A stretch of DNA of 30,475 nt from a bacterium (GCA_037137675.1 JBAXJV010000001.1:1-30475), one strand, 5' to 3'; counted from the first letter of the stretch, positions 8,940 to 17,588 are shown. The notes: generated by a model not told the origin, from the sequence alone. Numbers and translations: made by a program.

Positions 8940-10307
8940 ATGCAAACAAATCAGGGAACGCTGGCGATTCTAAACGGGACGAAAGCGGTGCAGACCGATG
9001 TTGGAGATATGTTCGACTGGCCGATCATCACCCGTGAGGATGAAGAGGCTGTGCTGGATGTCCTGCACCGTCGCGCCATGTCCGGCTCTGATGTGACGCA
9101 AAAGTTCGAGCAGGAGTTCGCCGCCTGGCAAGGCACCCGCTACGCGCTGGGCTTCAACAACGGGACGGCGGCGCTGCATGCCGCAATGTATGGCTGCGGG
9201 GTCGGCGTGGGCGACGAAATCATCGCTCCGAGCCTGACCTACTGGGCCACCTGTCTCTCAGTTTTCTCGCTAGGCGGCAGCGTGGTTTTTGCGGATGTCG
9301 AACCGGACACGCTGTGCATTGATCCGCGGGATATCGAGCGCCGCATCAGCGCACGCACCAAGGCGATCGTGGTGGTGCATTATCTCGGGCATCCTGCAGA
9401 CATGGATCCGATCATGGAGATTGCCCGCAAACACAAAGTGAAGGTCATCGAAGACCTCTCACACGCCCATGGCGGACTGTACAAGGGGCGTAAGCTGGGC
9501 ACGATCGGCGATCTGACGGCCATGTCCATGATGACCGGCAAGGCCCTTGTGAGCGGCGAAGGCGGCGTGCTGGCCACGGACAACCGGGAGCTTTACGAAA
9601 AAGCGCTGACGTTTGGCCACTACGAGCGCTATGACGGAAGCCTTCAGACGCAAGCCCTGCTGCCATACGCGCACCTGCCAGCCGGTGGCTACAAGTACAG
9701 AATGCACCAGATGAGCTCCGCCGTCGCGCGGGTGCAGCTGAAGCACTACGACCAGCGCTGCGCCGAAATCCAGAAGTCCATGAACTACTTCTGGGACTTG
9801 CTGGAAGGCGTGCCGGGCCTTAAAGCGCACCGTCCGGCCAAGGGTAGCGGCAGCACCATGGGCGGCTGGTACGCAGCCCACGGAATCTACCGTCCGGAGC
9901 AATTGGGAGGCTTGTCCGTGACCCGCTTCTGCCAGGCCGTAAGCGCCGAGGGCGTCGGCGCCGGCATCAGTCCCGGTTGTAATCTGCCGCTGCACCTGCA
10001 CGGGTTGTTAAACAGCTGCGATGTCTATGGCCACGGGAAGCCGACGCGCATTGCGAATTCTGATCGCGATCTCCGGCAGCCGGCCGGCAGTCTGCCGGTA
10101 ACCGAACACGCCGGCGCGCTGACTTACGGCGTGCCATGGTTCAAGCATTATCGTCCGGCGATCATCGAAGAATATGCCTCCGCATTTCGCAAGGTGGCGG
10201 AACAGCATGCCCTGCTGCTGAAAGACGGTCCGGGTAATGCTCCGAAGCTGGGCGGCTGGCATTTTTTCAGCCGGCGCTGGGCGCGAGGGAAGGGGATGAT
10301 GAGATGA
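8940..10307 (+). CDS. DegT/DnrJ/EryC1/StrS family PLP-dependent aminotransferase
   Basis: NNGTAALHAA, GVGDEIIAPSLTY, VVVHYLG, PLP-binding EDLSHAHG, catalytic-Lys region SMMTGKALVSGEGG, and GYKYRM. Confidence 0.92.
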   Translation: MQTNQGTLAILNGTKAVQTDVGDMFDWPIITREDEEAVLDVLHRRAMSGSDVTQKFEQEFAAWQGTRYALGFNNGTAALHAAMYGCGVGVGDEIIAPSLTYWATCLSVFSLGGSVVFADVEPDTLCIDPRDIERRISARTKAIVVVHYLGHPADMDPIMEIARKHKVKVIEDLSHAHGGLYKGRKLGTIGDLTAMSMMTGKALVSGEGGVLATDNRELYEKALTFGHYERYDGSLQTQALLPYAHLPAGGYKYRMHQMSSAVARVQLKHYDQRCAEIQKSMNYFWDLLEGVPGLKAHRPAKGSGSTMGGWYAAHGIYRPEQLGGLSVTRFCQAVSAEGVGAGISPGCNLPLHLHGLLNSCDVYGHGKPTRIANSDRDLRQPAGSLPVTEHAGALTYGVPWFKHYRPAIIEEYASAFRKVAEQHALLLKDGPGNAPKLGGWHFFSRRWARGKGMMR

Positions 10308-11464
10308 ATAGCGTGCGCATGGGAATCATCGGGCTGGGTAATATCGGCCTGCACCACGCCGGGTATCTGCGGCAGGGTCAGGTCGAGGGTGCCACTCTGG
10401 CGGCGATTTCGGATGTGCGGCCAGATCATGCCAGGCGTTGGGTTGAGGAGAGTGGCGCAACGGTGGAGGTCTTCGATACGGCTGAGGCGCTGATCAATTC
10501 CGGAACCTGTGACGCCGTGATCATCGCCACCCCGTCCCCGCTGCATCCACCACTGGCGATCCGCGCCTTTGCACAGGGGCTTCACGTCCTCGTGGAGAAG
10601 CCGGCCGGCACTTGCGCCGGGGATGTGCGCGCCATGAATGCCGCCGCCGTGCAAAGCGGAAAAGTTTTTGGAATCCAGTTTGCCCAGCGGATGATGCCAG
10701 CTTATCAGAAGGCCCGGGAGCTGATCGCAGCGGGCGCGTTAGGCGAGCTGCAGCGCACGCAATGGACCAGCACTAAATGGTACCGTACGCAGGACTATTA
10801 CGACTCCGGTGGCTGGCGCGGCACCTGGAGCGGCGAAGGCGGCGGAGTGCTCGTCAACCAGAGCCCTCACGATCTCGATATCTGGATCTGGCTCTGCGGC
10901 CTGCCGGTGCGGGTGCGGGCTTTCTGCCGCTTCGGCCAGTGGCACGCCATCGAGGTTGAGGATGATGTCACCGCTTACGTCGAGTATTCCAACGGCGCCT
11001 CCGGCGTCTTCATCTGTTCGACCGGCGAGTTTCCCGGCACGAACCGCCTTGAGATAGTCGGCGATCTGGGCACGCTTACCGTTCAGGATGGTTGTCAGCT
11101 TGAGTTCCGCCGCTTGAACGGATCGGCGCGGAAGCATTGCCGGGAGGCCAAGGGCTTTAGTTTTCCAGAGGCTTCAAACGTAGAGGTCGTTCTGGCAGAG
11201 CAAACGTCCGATAACATTGACAACACGCGTAACTTCGTGAATGCGGTTCTGCACGGGGCGGCCCTGGTCGCGCCGGGAGTGGAAGGGTTGAACAGCATCG
11301 AACTCTCGAACGCCATGCAGCTCTCAACCTGGCTCGGCGAGGCGATTGAACTGCCAACCGATGCGCTCCGCTACCGGGCTGCCCTGGAAGAGAAAATCCG
11401 CTCTTCGCAGGTGCGCAAGCCGGACGTGGTGAGAACCCTCGATGTCGCCGCCTCGTGGCGCTGA
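10304..11464 (+). CDS. Gfo/Idh/MocA family NAD(P)-dependent oxidoreductase
   Basis: Rossmann motif GIIGLGNIG, VEKP, and WYRTQDYY...WRGTWSGEGGGVLVNQSPHDLD. ATGA overlap with the aminotransferase stop codon. Confidence 0.93.
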   Translation: MNSVRMGIIGLGNIGLHHAGYLRQGQVEGATLAAISDVRPDHARRWVEESGATVEVFDTAEALINSGTCDAVIIATPSPLHPPLAIRAFAQGLHVLVEKPAGTCAGDVRAMNAAAVQSGKVFGIQFAQRMMPAYQKARELIAAGALGELQRTQWTSTKWYRTQDYYDSGGWRGTWSGEGGGVLVNQSPHDLDIWIWLCGLPVRVRAFCRFGQWHAIEVEDDVTAYVEYSNGASGVFICSTGEFPGTNRLEIVGDLGTLTVQDGCQLEFRRLNGSARKHCREAKGFSFPEASNVEVVLAEQTSDNIDNTRNFVNAVLHGAALVAPGVEGLNSIELSNAMQLSTWLGEAIELPTDALRYRAALEEKIRSSQVRKPDVVRTLDVAASWR

Positions 11465-11503
11465 CAGCAGCGCGGACTGAGCAGCGCCGGGCGATCTTCG
11501 TGT

Positions 11504-11532
11504 TTGCCATTTCGGTCCGGTTCTGGCACCGT
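11504..11532 (+). promoter_or_regulatory. Weak candidate promoter, potentially leaderless, for the isomerase gene
   Basis: TTGCCA (11504-11509), 17-bp spacer, CACCGT (11527-11532) preceded by TG. The ATG at 11540 is 7 nt downstream with no SD. The -10 match is only partial. Confidence 0.3.
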
Positions 11533-11539
11533 CTTGCGC

Positions 11540-12382
11540 ATGATCAAGGCAATCAGTTACTGGAGTATGCAGGGCGGGCTGGATGGCGCATGCCCGGTTG
11601 AAGCAGCCATGACCGCCGCCCGTGCCGCAGGCTTCGGCGGCATCGAGCTTTGCATTGCGGAAAAGGGCGTGCTGACGCCCTCCACCAATCAAGCGGAGTG
11701 CCGCGCCTACGCCGCGCTGGCGGCCAGGCATGGGCTGGCCATGGAAACGCTGGCCAGCGGCATGAGCTGGGGCTGTTCCCCCACTCACCCCGATGTCGCG
11801 GTGCGCCGCAAGTCCATCGCGTTGCACCGTGACGCGCTGCAACGCGCTGCGTGGCTGGGCTGCAGGGCCATGCTTTTTGTTCCGGGCGCCGTAATCATAC
11901 CCTGGGACTCCTCGTATGCGCCGGTCCGTTACGATCAGGCCGTGGCCTGGGCGCGCGAGGCGGTGGCTGAGCTTGGCGACACTGCGGCGCGCGTCGGTGT
12001 TGATCTGGCCGTCGAGAACGTCTGGAACGGGCTGTTCTATTCGCCGCTGGAGCTGGCCGGGTTCGTGGATTCGTTCGGTAATCCCCGCGTCGGAGTCTAC
12101 TTTGATGTCGGCAATATGCTGAATCACCAACAGTGGCCGCCGCACTGGATTGAAATTCTCGGAGCTCGCATCCGGGCAATCCATATCAAGGACTTCAAGC
12201 TGGCTAACGGCACGCTGTCGGGATTCTGCGATCTGCTGACCGGCGACATTCCCTTCAAGCCTGTCATGGCGGCGTTGCGGGCGCTGAATTATCAAAGCAC
12301 GCTGGTGGCGGAGATGATGCCTTATGATCCGGGCTTGCTGGAACGTACCAGCCGGGCCATGGACCAAATTCTGGCGATGTAA
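11540..12382 (+). CDS. Sugar phosphate isomerase/epimerase (xylose-isomerase-like TIM barrel)
   Basis: GFGGIEL plus metal-ligand motifs AVENVWN, YFDVGN, IHIKDF and AEM. ATG 11540 is preferred over TTG 11504. Confidence 0.88.
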   Translation: MIKAISYWSMQGGLDGACPVEAAMTAARAAGFGGIELCIAEKGVLTPSTNQAECRAYAALAARHGLAMETLASGMSWGCSPTHPDVAVRRKSIALHRDALQRAAWLGCRAMLFVPGAVIIPWDSSYAPVRYDQAVAWAREAVAELGDTAARVGVDLAVENVWNGLFYSPLELAGFVDSFGNPRVGVYFDVGNMLNHQQWPPHWIEILGARIRAIHIKDFKLANGTLSGFCDLLTGDIPFKPVMAALRALNYQSTLVAEMMPYDPGLLERTSRAMDQILAM

Positions 12383-12397
12383 CGGAAATGGCAGGGC

Positions 12398-12426
12398 TTG
12401 GCGGAAGTCATGGTTGAAGATAAGTT
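12398..12426 (+). promoter_or_regulatory. Candidate internal promoter for the second oxidoreductase
   Basis: TTGGCG (12398-12403), 17-bp spacer, TAAGTT (12421-12426), ending 10 nt before ATG 12437. Confidence 0.4.
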
Positions 12427-12436
12427 AAGGAAACAC

Positions 12437-13444
12437 ATGTTAAAAGTCGGCGTAATTGGAATTGGCATGATGGGGTCTACGCATTTGGACGCCTATGCCA
12501 AGGTTAAGGGAGTCAGGGTGGCAGCGGTGGCAGACCTTATCGAGGACCGCCGCGAGGGGCGGACGCTGACCGCTGGAAACGTTCAAGGCCAGTCGCAGGG
12601 CGGCGTGGATTTCTCACAGTTCCGCAAATATGACGAGGGCCTGCGCCTGATTGCGGACCCCGGTCTGGACGTGGTGGACATCTGCCTTCCGACACCGCTG
12701 CACGCACGCTACGCGATCGCCGCGCTCAAGGCAGGCAAGCACGTCCTGACCGAAAAGCCTTTTGCTTCCAACAGCCGTCAGGCCGCGCAGCTGGTCGCGG
12801 TGGCCAGTCATGCCAGGCCCATGCTGATGTGCGCGATGTGCATGCGCTTCTGGCCGGCCTGGGCGTGGCTGAAAAATACGGTGGACAGGAAAACCTACGG
12901 CAAGACGCTGTCGGCGCAGTTCCGGCGCGTGGCCAGTCATCCCGGCGGGCCGTTTTACAGCAATGGCCGGGCCTGCGGCGGCGCGGTTCTTGATCTGCAT
13001 ATTCACGACACGGATTTTATAAACTACTGTTTTGGAAAACCGGATGCGGTTTTTACACGCGGGTACATCAGGAATACCGGGCGGTTCGACCATCTGGTGA
13101 CAAACTACCTTTATAAAAATGTTCCGCTGGTAGTGGCCGAAGGCGGCTGGACGATGGCCCCGGGCTTCGGTTTTCAAATGCAGTATACCGTCAACTTCGA
13201 ACGGGCAACCGCGGTTTTCGATCTGGCGGCTCAGGATCAGCTGACGCTTTTCGCCGGCGGCCGGCGGAGCGTGGTGAAGGTGAAGCCGGGCATGGGCTAT
13301 CAGCACGAAATCGCCTATTTCGTGGATTGCATCCGCAAGCGAGTGCGTCCGCAAATGGTGGACCCGGCGAGCGCGGCGCTGTCGGTGACAATTGTGGAAG
13401 CCGAAGTTAAAAGCGCCCGCAGCGGAAAGCCGGTGCGGGTCTGA
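12437..13444 (+). CDS. Gfo/Idh/MocA family oxidoreductase
   Basis: GVIGIGMMG, DVVDICLPTPLH, TEKP, and GGAVLDLHIHDTD. AAGGA precedes ATG 12437. Confidence 0.92.
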   Translation: MLKVGVIGIGMMGSTHLDAYAKVKGVRVAAVADLIEDRREGRTLTAGNVQGQSQGGVDFSQFRKYDEGLRLIADPGLDVVDICLPTPLHARYAIAALKAGKHVLTEKPFASNSRQAAQLVAVASHARPMLMCAMCMRFWPAWAWLKNTVDRKTYGKTLSAQFRRVASHPGGPFYSNGRACGGAVLDLHIHDTDFINYCFGKPDAVFTRGYIRNTGRFDHLVTNYLYKNVPLVVAEGGWTMAPGFGFQMQYTVNFERATAVFDLAAQDQLTLFAGGRRSVVKVKPGMGYQHEIAYFVDCIRKRVRPQMVDPASAALSVTIVEAEVKSARSGKPVRV

Positions 13445-13573
13445 CGGATCGCTGAAGCAGTCCGTGGCGAACGGCAATTATAAATGCCGTTGCCGGCGAT
13501 GCGGTTGCGGTGGCGCCTGCCGCAGTCCTGCCCGGCGGAGTTTGCATGGCGGATAAAGCGCGGGAGAAAATTC

Positions 13574-14653
13574 ATGATTAGCGTTTCACGGGTGGAGCAG
13601 GTTATCGGGCTGTCGGTTTTGACCCTGATTGTGCTGGGCTGTCTGATTGTGATGCGGCCCTTTATATCAGCCGTGTTATGGGCTGGCATCATTTGCTACG
13701 CGACCTGGCCGCTGCACGAACGCGTGCTGAAGGCGATGCACGGCCGGCGCACGCTCGCGGCAGGGATTACGACGATGCTGGTTGTGGTCTGCATGCTGCT
13801 GCCATTTGTCATCGCAGGGCTTAGTTTCGCAGACGACTTCCGTCTGGTCGTACACTACGTGGCGGATTTGCATAAGAACGGCCTGCCGCCGGCGCCGGAT
13901 TGGGTGGCGCAGGTGCCGCTGGTGGGCGTGTCGGCGCATGTGGCGTGGGACGATTGGGTGCAACAGGCGCAAGGCTCGGTCCAGGCCCTTGTCCCGTTTT
14001 ACAGCAAGATGAGGGGCTGGGCGTTCCGCCGCAGTCTGGATATTGGCGAAGGCGTGTTTCAGCTCACCATGAGCGTTATTATCGTCTTTTTCTTGTACCG
14101 CGACGGAGTCCGTCTGGTGGACCGGTTACGCGCGGCCGTGCAGCGGATTGCCGGAGACCGTGCCCAGCATCTCGTGGGCGTTGCGGGCAATACGATCAAG
14201 GCGGTGGTCTACGGGCTGCTCGGCACGGCTTTGGCGCAGGGCGTGGTGGCAGCGATCGGGTTTACGGTGGCAGGCGTGCCGATGCCCTTTTTGCTGGGGC
14301 TGCTGACTTTCTTCCTCTCGCTGATTCCCATGGGCCCGCCGCTGGTATGGATCGGTGCCACTGTCTGGTTGCTCACCCAGGACCATCTTGGCATGGCCAT
14401 CTTTATGGGGATTTATGGCTTGATCGGAATCAGCGGGGTGGACAATCTGATCCGTCCGCTGCTGATCAGCCGCGGCACTAATATGCCGTTCGTGTTGACG
14501 CTGCTTGGCGTGATGGGTGGCATCTGGGCGTTTGGCTTCATCGGAGTTTTTATTGGCCCCACGCTGCTGGCCGTTGGCTATGCGCTGATCGCGGACTTTA
14601 TCAGCAGCGCGCGACCGGGTGTGCCGGAAGCAGTTGCTGCGCAGCCGACATGA
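13574..14653 (+). CDS. AI-2E family transporter (YdiK-like)
   Basis: Multiple hydrophobic helices, SLIPMGPPLVW, VDNLIRPLLI, and GFIGVFIGP. GGAG precedes ATG 13574. Confidence 0.9.
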   Translation: MISVSRVEQVIGLSVLTLIVLGCLIVMRPFISAVLWAGIICYATWPLHERVLKAMHGRRTLAAGITTMLVVVCMLLPFVIAGLSFADDFRLVVHYVADLHKNGLPPAPDWVAQVPLVGVSAHVAWDDWVQQAQGSVQALVPFYSKMRGWAFRRSLDIGEGVFQLTMSVIIVFFLYRDGVRLVDRLRAAVQRIAGDRAQHLVGVAGNTIKAVVYGLLGTALAQGVVAAIGFTVAGVPMPFLLGLLTFFLSLIPMGPPLVWIGATVWLLTQDHLGMAIFMGIYGLIGISGVDNLIRPLLISRGTNMPFVLTLLGVMGGIWAFGFIGVFIGPTLLAVGYALIADFISSARPGVPEAVAAQPT

Positions 14654-15975
14654 ATGCAGCGCTCGATGATACGCTGAGAAGGCTGTATGCGTTACGCCGT
14701 TTCGGATTACGGCCGGGGCTGGAATCCGTGCAGGCGCTGCTGGAACGGCTGGGCCACCCCGAGCGCGCTTGTGCTGTCATCCACATCGCCGGCACCAACG
14801 GCAAGGGCTCGGTGGCTGCGATGCTCGACGCGGTGCTGCGCGCGGCAGGGTTGCGCGTGGGGCTCTACACCTCGCCGCATCTGGTGCGCTTCAATGAGCG
14901 TATCCGTGTGAATGGCGTGGCGATTACGGACGACGCGCTGGCGTCGCTTTTCGCCGGCTTGGAGCCGCATCTGGCGGCGCTGGCGGGAACGCCGGGGCGC
15001 GAGGCGACTTTTTTTGAGGTCACAACAGCGCTGGCATTCCAACACTTTGCCGACGCCGGCGTGCGCCTGGTGGTAATGGAAACAGGGCTTGGCGGACGGC
15101 TTGACGCCACCAACGTGGCTGCTCCGCTGGCCTCTGTGATCACACGGATCGGTCTTGATCACATGCAATACCTGGGGGCGACGCTGGAAGAGATTGCAGG
15201 CGAGAAGGCCGGCATCATCAAGGCTGGCCGCCCGGTGGTGCTGGGCGCCATGCCGGCGGCAGCGCGGGCGGTCGTGGCGGCGGCGGCGCAGCGCGCCGGT
15301 GCGCGGCTGGTCGAGGCCTCCGCTGTTGTCACGGTGCGGCGCGTGTCCGAGACGTGGGCAGGGCAGAAGGTCTCGCTGGCGTCTCTGGAACAGGAATACG
15401 GAACTGTGACTGTGCCGCTGCTGGGGCGGCACCAGTTGGAGAACCTGGCGACGGTGCTGACGACGCTCGAAACGCTGGCGGTGGAGGGATTGCCGGCGGT
15501 GGCGCCAGCGGTGCTGCGCAAAGGGTTGGCTGCGGTACGCTGGCCGGGCCGCATGCAGGTGCTGGAGACCGCCCCGCCGACGATTCTGGACGGCGCGCAC
15601 AATCCCGATGCCGCGCATGCGCTGAGTGTGGCGCTGCACGATTTATTGAAAGGACGGCCGGTGGCGCTGCTGTTCGGTATGTGCGAGGACAAGGACGCCG
15701 CGGGGTTCCTGCGAGCGCTCGATCTGCCTGTGCGGAAGGTCTGGACAGTGCCGCTCTCGCACCCGCGCGGCCAGACCCCCGGAGCGCTGGCGGCGCTGGT
15801 CCGGGCGCGCGGCTGGCCGGTCGATGCGGCTCAGGCTCTGCCTGACGCGCTGGCGGCGGCGCGAGTTTGGGCGGCGGCAGAAGGCGCTGCGGTGGTGATC
15901 TGCGGATCGTTGTTTCTAGCGGGCGATGTCCTGGCTTTACGGGAAGGAAGCGGCCATGTCGAACAAACAAATTGA
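14650..15975 (+). CDS. folC: Bifunctional folylpolyglutamate synthase / dihydrofolate synthase
   Basis: HIAGTNGKGS, YTSPHL..FNERI, TFFEVTT, METGLGGRLDATN, EKAGIIK, WPGRMQ, and LDGAHNP. ATGA overlap with the transporter gene. Confidence 0.95.
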   Translation: MNAALDDTLRRLYALRRFGLRPGLESVQALLERLGHPERACAVIHIAGTNGKGSVAAMLDAVLRAAGLRVGLYTSPHLVRFNERIRVNGVAITDDALASLFAGLEPHLAALAGTPGREATFFEVTTALAFQHFADAGVRLVVMETGLGGRLDATNVAAPLASVITRIGLDHMQYLGATLEEIAGEKAGIIKAGRPVVLGAMPAAARAVVAAAAQRAGARLVEASAVVTVRRVSETWAGQKVSLASLEQEYGTVTVPLLGRHQLENLATVLTTLETLAVEGLPAVAPAVLRKGLAAVRWPGRMQVLETAPPTILDGAHNPDAAHALSVALHDLLKGRPVALLFGMCEDKDAAGFLRALDLPVRKVWTVPLSHPRGQTPGALAALVRARGWPVDAAQALPDALAAARVWAAAEGAAVVICGSLFLAGDVLALREGSGHVEQTN

Positions 15976-16414
15976 AGTCCTGGTCCGCGGCGTGCTGGTA
16001 CGGCGGGGGCGCATATTGGTGTGTCAGGGGCGGGGGGCGGATAATGTTTTTCTTCCCGGCGGGCATGTTGAGTTCGGCGAAGCCGCCGCGACGGCGCTGG
16101 CGCGGGAGTGGCGGGAAGAACTTGGCGTGAGCGCCAAAGTCGGGCGTTTTTTGGGAGCGGTGGAGCACACCTACCGGCAGAAAAGCCGGGCCCATTGCGA
16201 GGTTAATTTCGTTTTTGTGGTGACTTGTCCAGCCTTGTCGTCAGCCGCCGATCCCGAGTCCGAGGAGGATTGGATCAGGTTCCGCTGGATTTCACTCGCG
16301 GCGCTCTCAAGTTCGCATCTGGAGCCAGCGCCTCTTTGCCGGCAATTACCACGCTGGCTGGCAACGGCGCATAGCGGCTTGGATTGCTGGGCCAGCACGC
16401 TGCCAGCAACCTGA
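15956..16414 (+). CDS. NUDIX hydrolase
   Basis: Complete Nudix box GHVEFGE-AAATALA-REWREELGV. Start ATG 15956 overlaps the end of folC by 20 nt. Confidence 0.9.
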   Translation: MSNKQIEVLVRGVLVRRGRILVCQGRGADNVFLPGGHVEFGEAAATALAREWREELGVSAKVGRFLGAVEHTYRQKSRAHCEVNFVFVVTCPALSSAADPESEEDWIRFRWISLAALSSSHLEPAPLCRQLPRWLATAHSGLDCWASTLPAT

Positions 16415-16449
16415 AAGACTTTACTGCAGCAGCCTTTCTCAATATTCAC

Positions 16450-16479
16450 TTGTCGAGCACTGCGGATATGAACTAGGCT
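16450..16479 (+). promoter_or_regulatory. Candidate promoter for serC-purB
   Basis: TTGTCG (16450-16455), 18-bp spacer, TAGGCT (16474-16479), followed by an SD GGAGG at 16497-16501. Confidence 0.4.
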
Positions 16480-16507
16480 GCGGATGCCTAACAACGGGAG
16501 GTTCAGT

Positions 16508-17587
16508 ATGTCGAGAGTATTCAATTTTGGAGCTGGTCCAGCGGGGTTGCCGGTCGAGGTTTTGGAAGAGGCGCGCGATCAAATGCTGGACTTTCAAGGC
16601 AGCGGCATGTCCATCATGGAGCATAGCCACCGCGGCAAGGAATATGATGCGGTCCATCAGGAGGCCGTCGCTAACGTGAAGTCCCTGCTGCAGCTTGACG
16701 CTGATCACGAGGTGCTTTTTCTGCAAGGCGGTGCCAGCCTGCAATTTGCCATGCTGCCTATGAACCTGCTCGGAGCGGGTCAGACGGCCGACTACATCCA
16801 TACCGGAGCCTGGTCCGGAAAGGCCGTTAAGGAGGCCAAGCTCATCGGCAAGGTGCATCTGGCGGCCGATGTCAGCAAGGCCAGCCCTGCCCGCATCCCC
16901 ACGCCCGGCGAACTCGTACTGACCCCGGGCGCAGCGTATGTTCACATGACGACCAACGAGACCATTGACGGCACAGAGTGGTGGGACTTCCCCCGTACTG
17001 AGGCGCCGCTGGTGGCCGATATGTCTTCGGATATTCTCTCCCGCCCCTTCGATGCCAACCAGTTTGGATTAATCTACGCCGGAGCGCAGAAAAACCTTGG
17101 TCCGTCGGGCCTCTGCATGGTCGTAATCCGCAAGGACCTGGCCGCGCGGTCACCGGCAACGCTTTCCAGCATGCTGCGTTACGCAACGCACCTGGAGGAA
17201 AACTCCCTCTATAACACGCCGCCAACCTTCGGCATCTATATTCTCATGCTCGTCACCCGCTGGATCAAAGCCATGGGCGCCGCGAATCTGTACCGTCAAA
17301 ACCGCGAAAAGGCCGCAAAACTTTACGCTGCCATTGATGGCAGTGGCGGATTCTATCGCGGCACCGCCGCTCCGGAGTGCCGCAGCAATATGAACGTCAC
17401 CTTTCGGCTGCCGGGCGAAGCGCTGGAGGAGCAGTTCGTCAAGGAAGCTTCCAAACAGGCCATGAAGGGTCTCAAAGGCCATCGCGCAGTCGGTGGTATA
17501 AGGGCCTCGATTTACAACGCCTTCCCGCTGGCCGGAATAGATGCGCTGGCGGCATTCATGCGGGACTTTCAACGCAAGAACGGATGA
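16508..17587 (+). CDS. serC: Phosphoserine aminotransferase
   Basis: FNFGAGPA, IMEHSHR, FLQGGASLQF, DMSSDILS, PLP Lys in GAQKNLGP, NTPPTF, and GHRAVGGIRASIYNA. Confidence 0.96.
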   Translation: MSRVFNFGAGPAGLPVEVLEEARDQMLDFQGSGMSIMEHSHRGKEYDAVHQEAVANVKSLLQLDADHEVLFLQGGASLQFAMLPMNLLGAGQTADYIHTGAWSGKAVKEAKLIGKVHLAADVSKASPARIPTPGELVLTPGAAYVHMTTNETIDGTEWWDFPRTEAPLVADMSSDILSRPFDANQFGLIYAGAQKNLGPSGLCMVVIRKDLAARSPATLSSMLRYATHLEENSLYNTPPTFGIYILMLVTRWIKAMGAANLYRQNREKAAKLYAAIDGSGGFYRGTAAPECRSNMNVTFRLPGEALEEQFVKEASKQAMKGLKGHRAVGGIRASIYNAFPLAGIDALAAFMRDFQRKNG

Positions 17588-17588
17588 T

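Noticed and set aside
11466-11487. Direct repeat agcagcgc, twice, in the 11465-11539 gap
   Set aside because: An 8-bp GC-rich repeat is plausible by chance and has no other support.
7968-13477. Antisense ORFs of 287-347 aa over the enzyme cluster
   Set aside because: Same shadow-frame explanation; the plus-strand genes carry clear family motifs.
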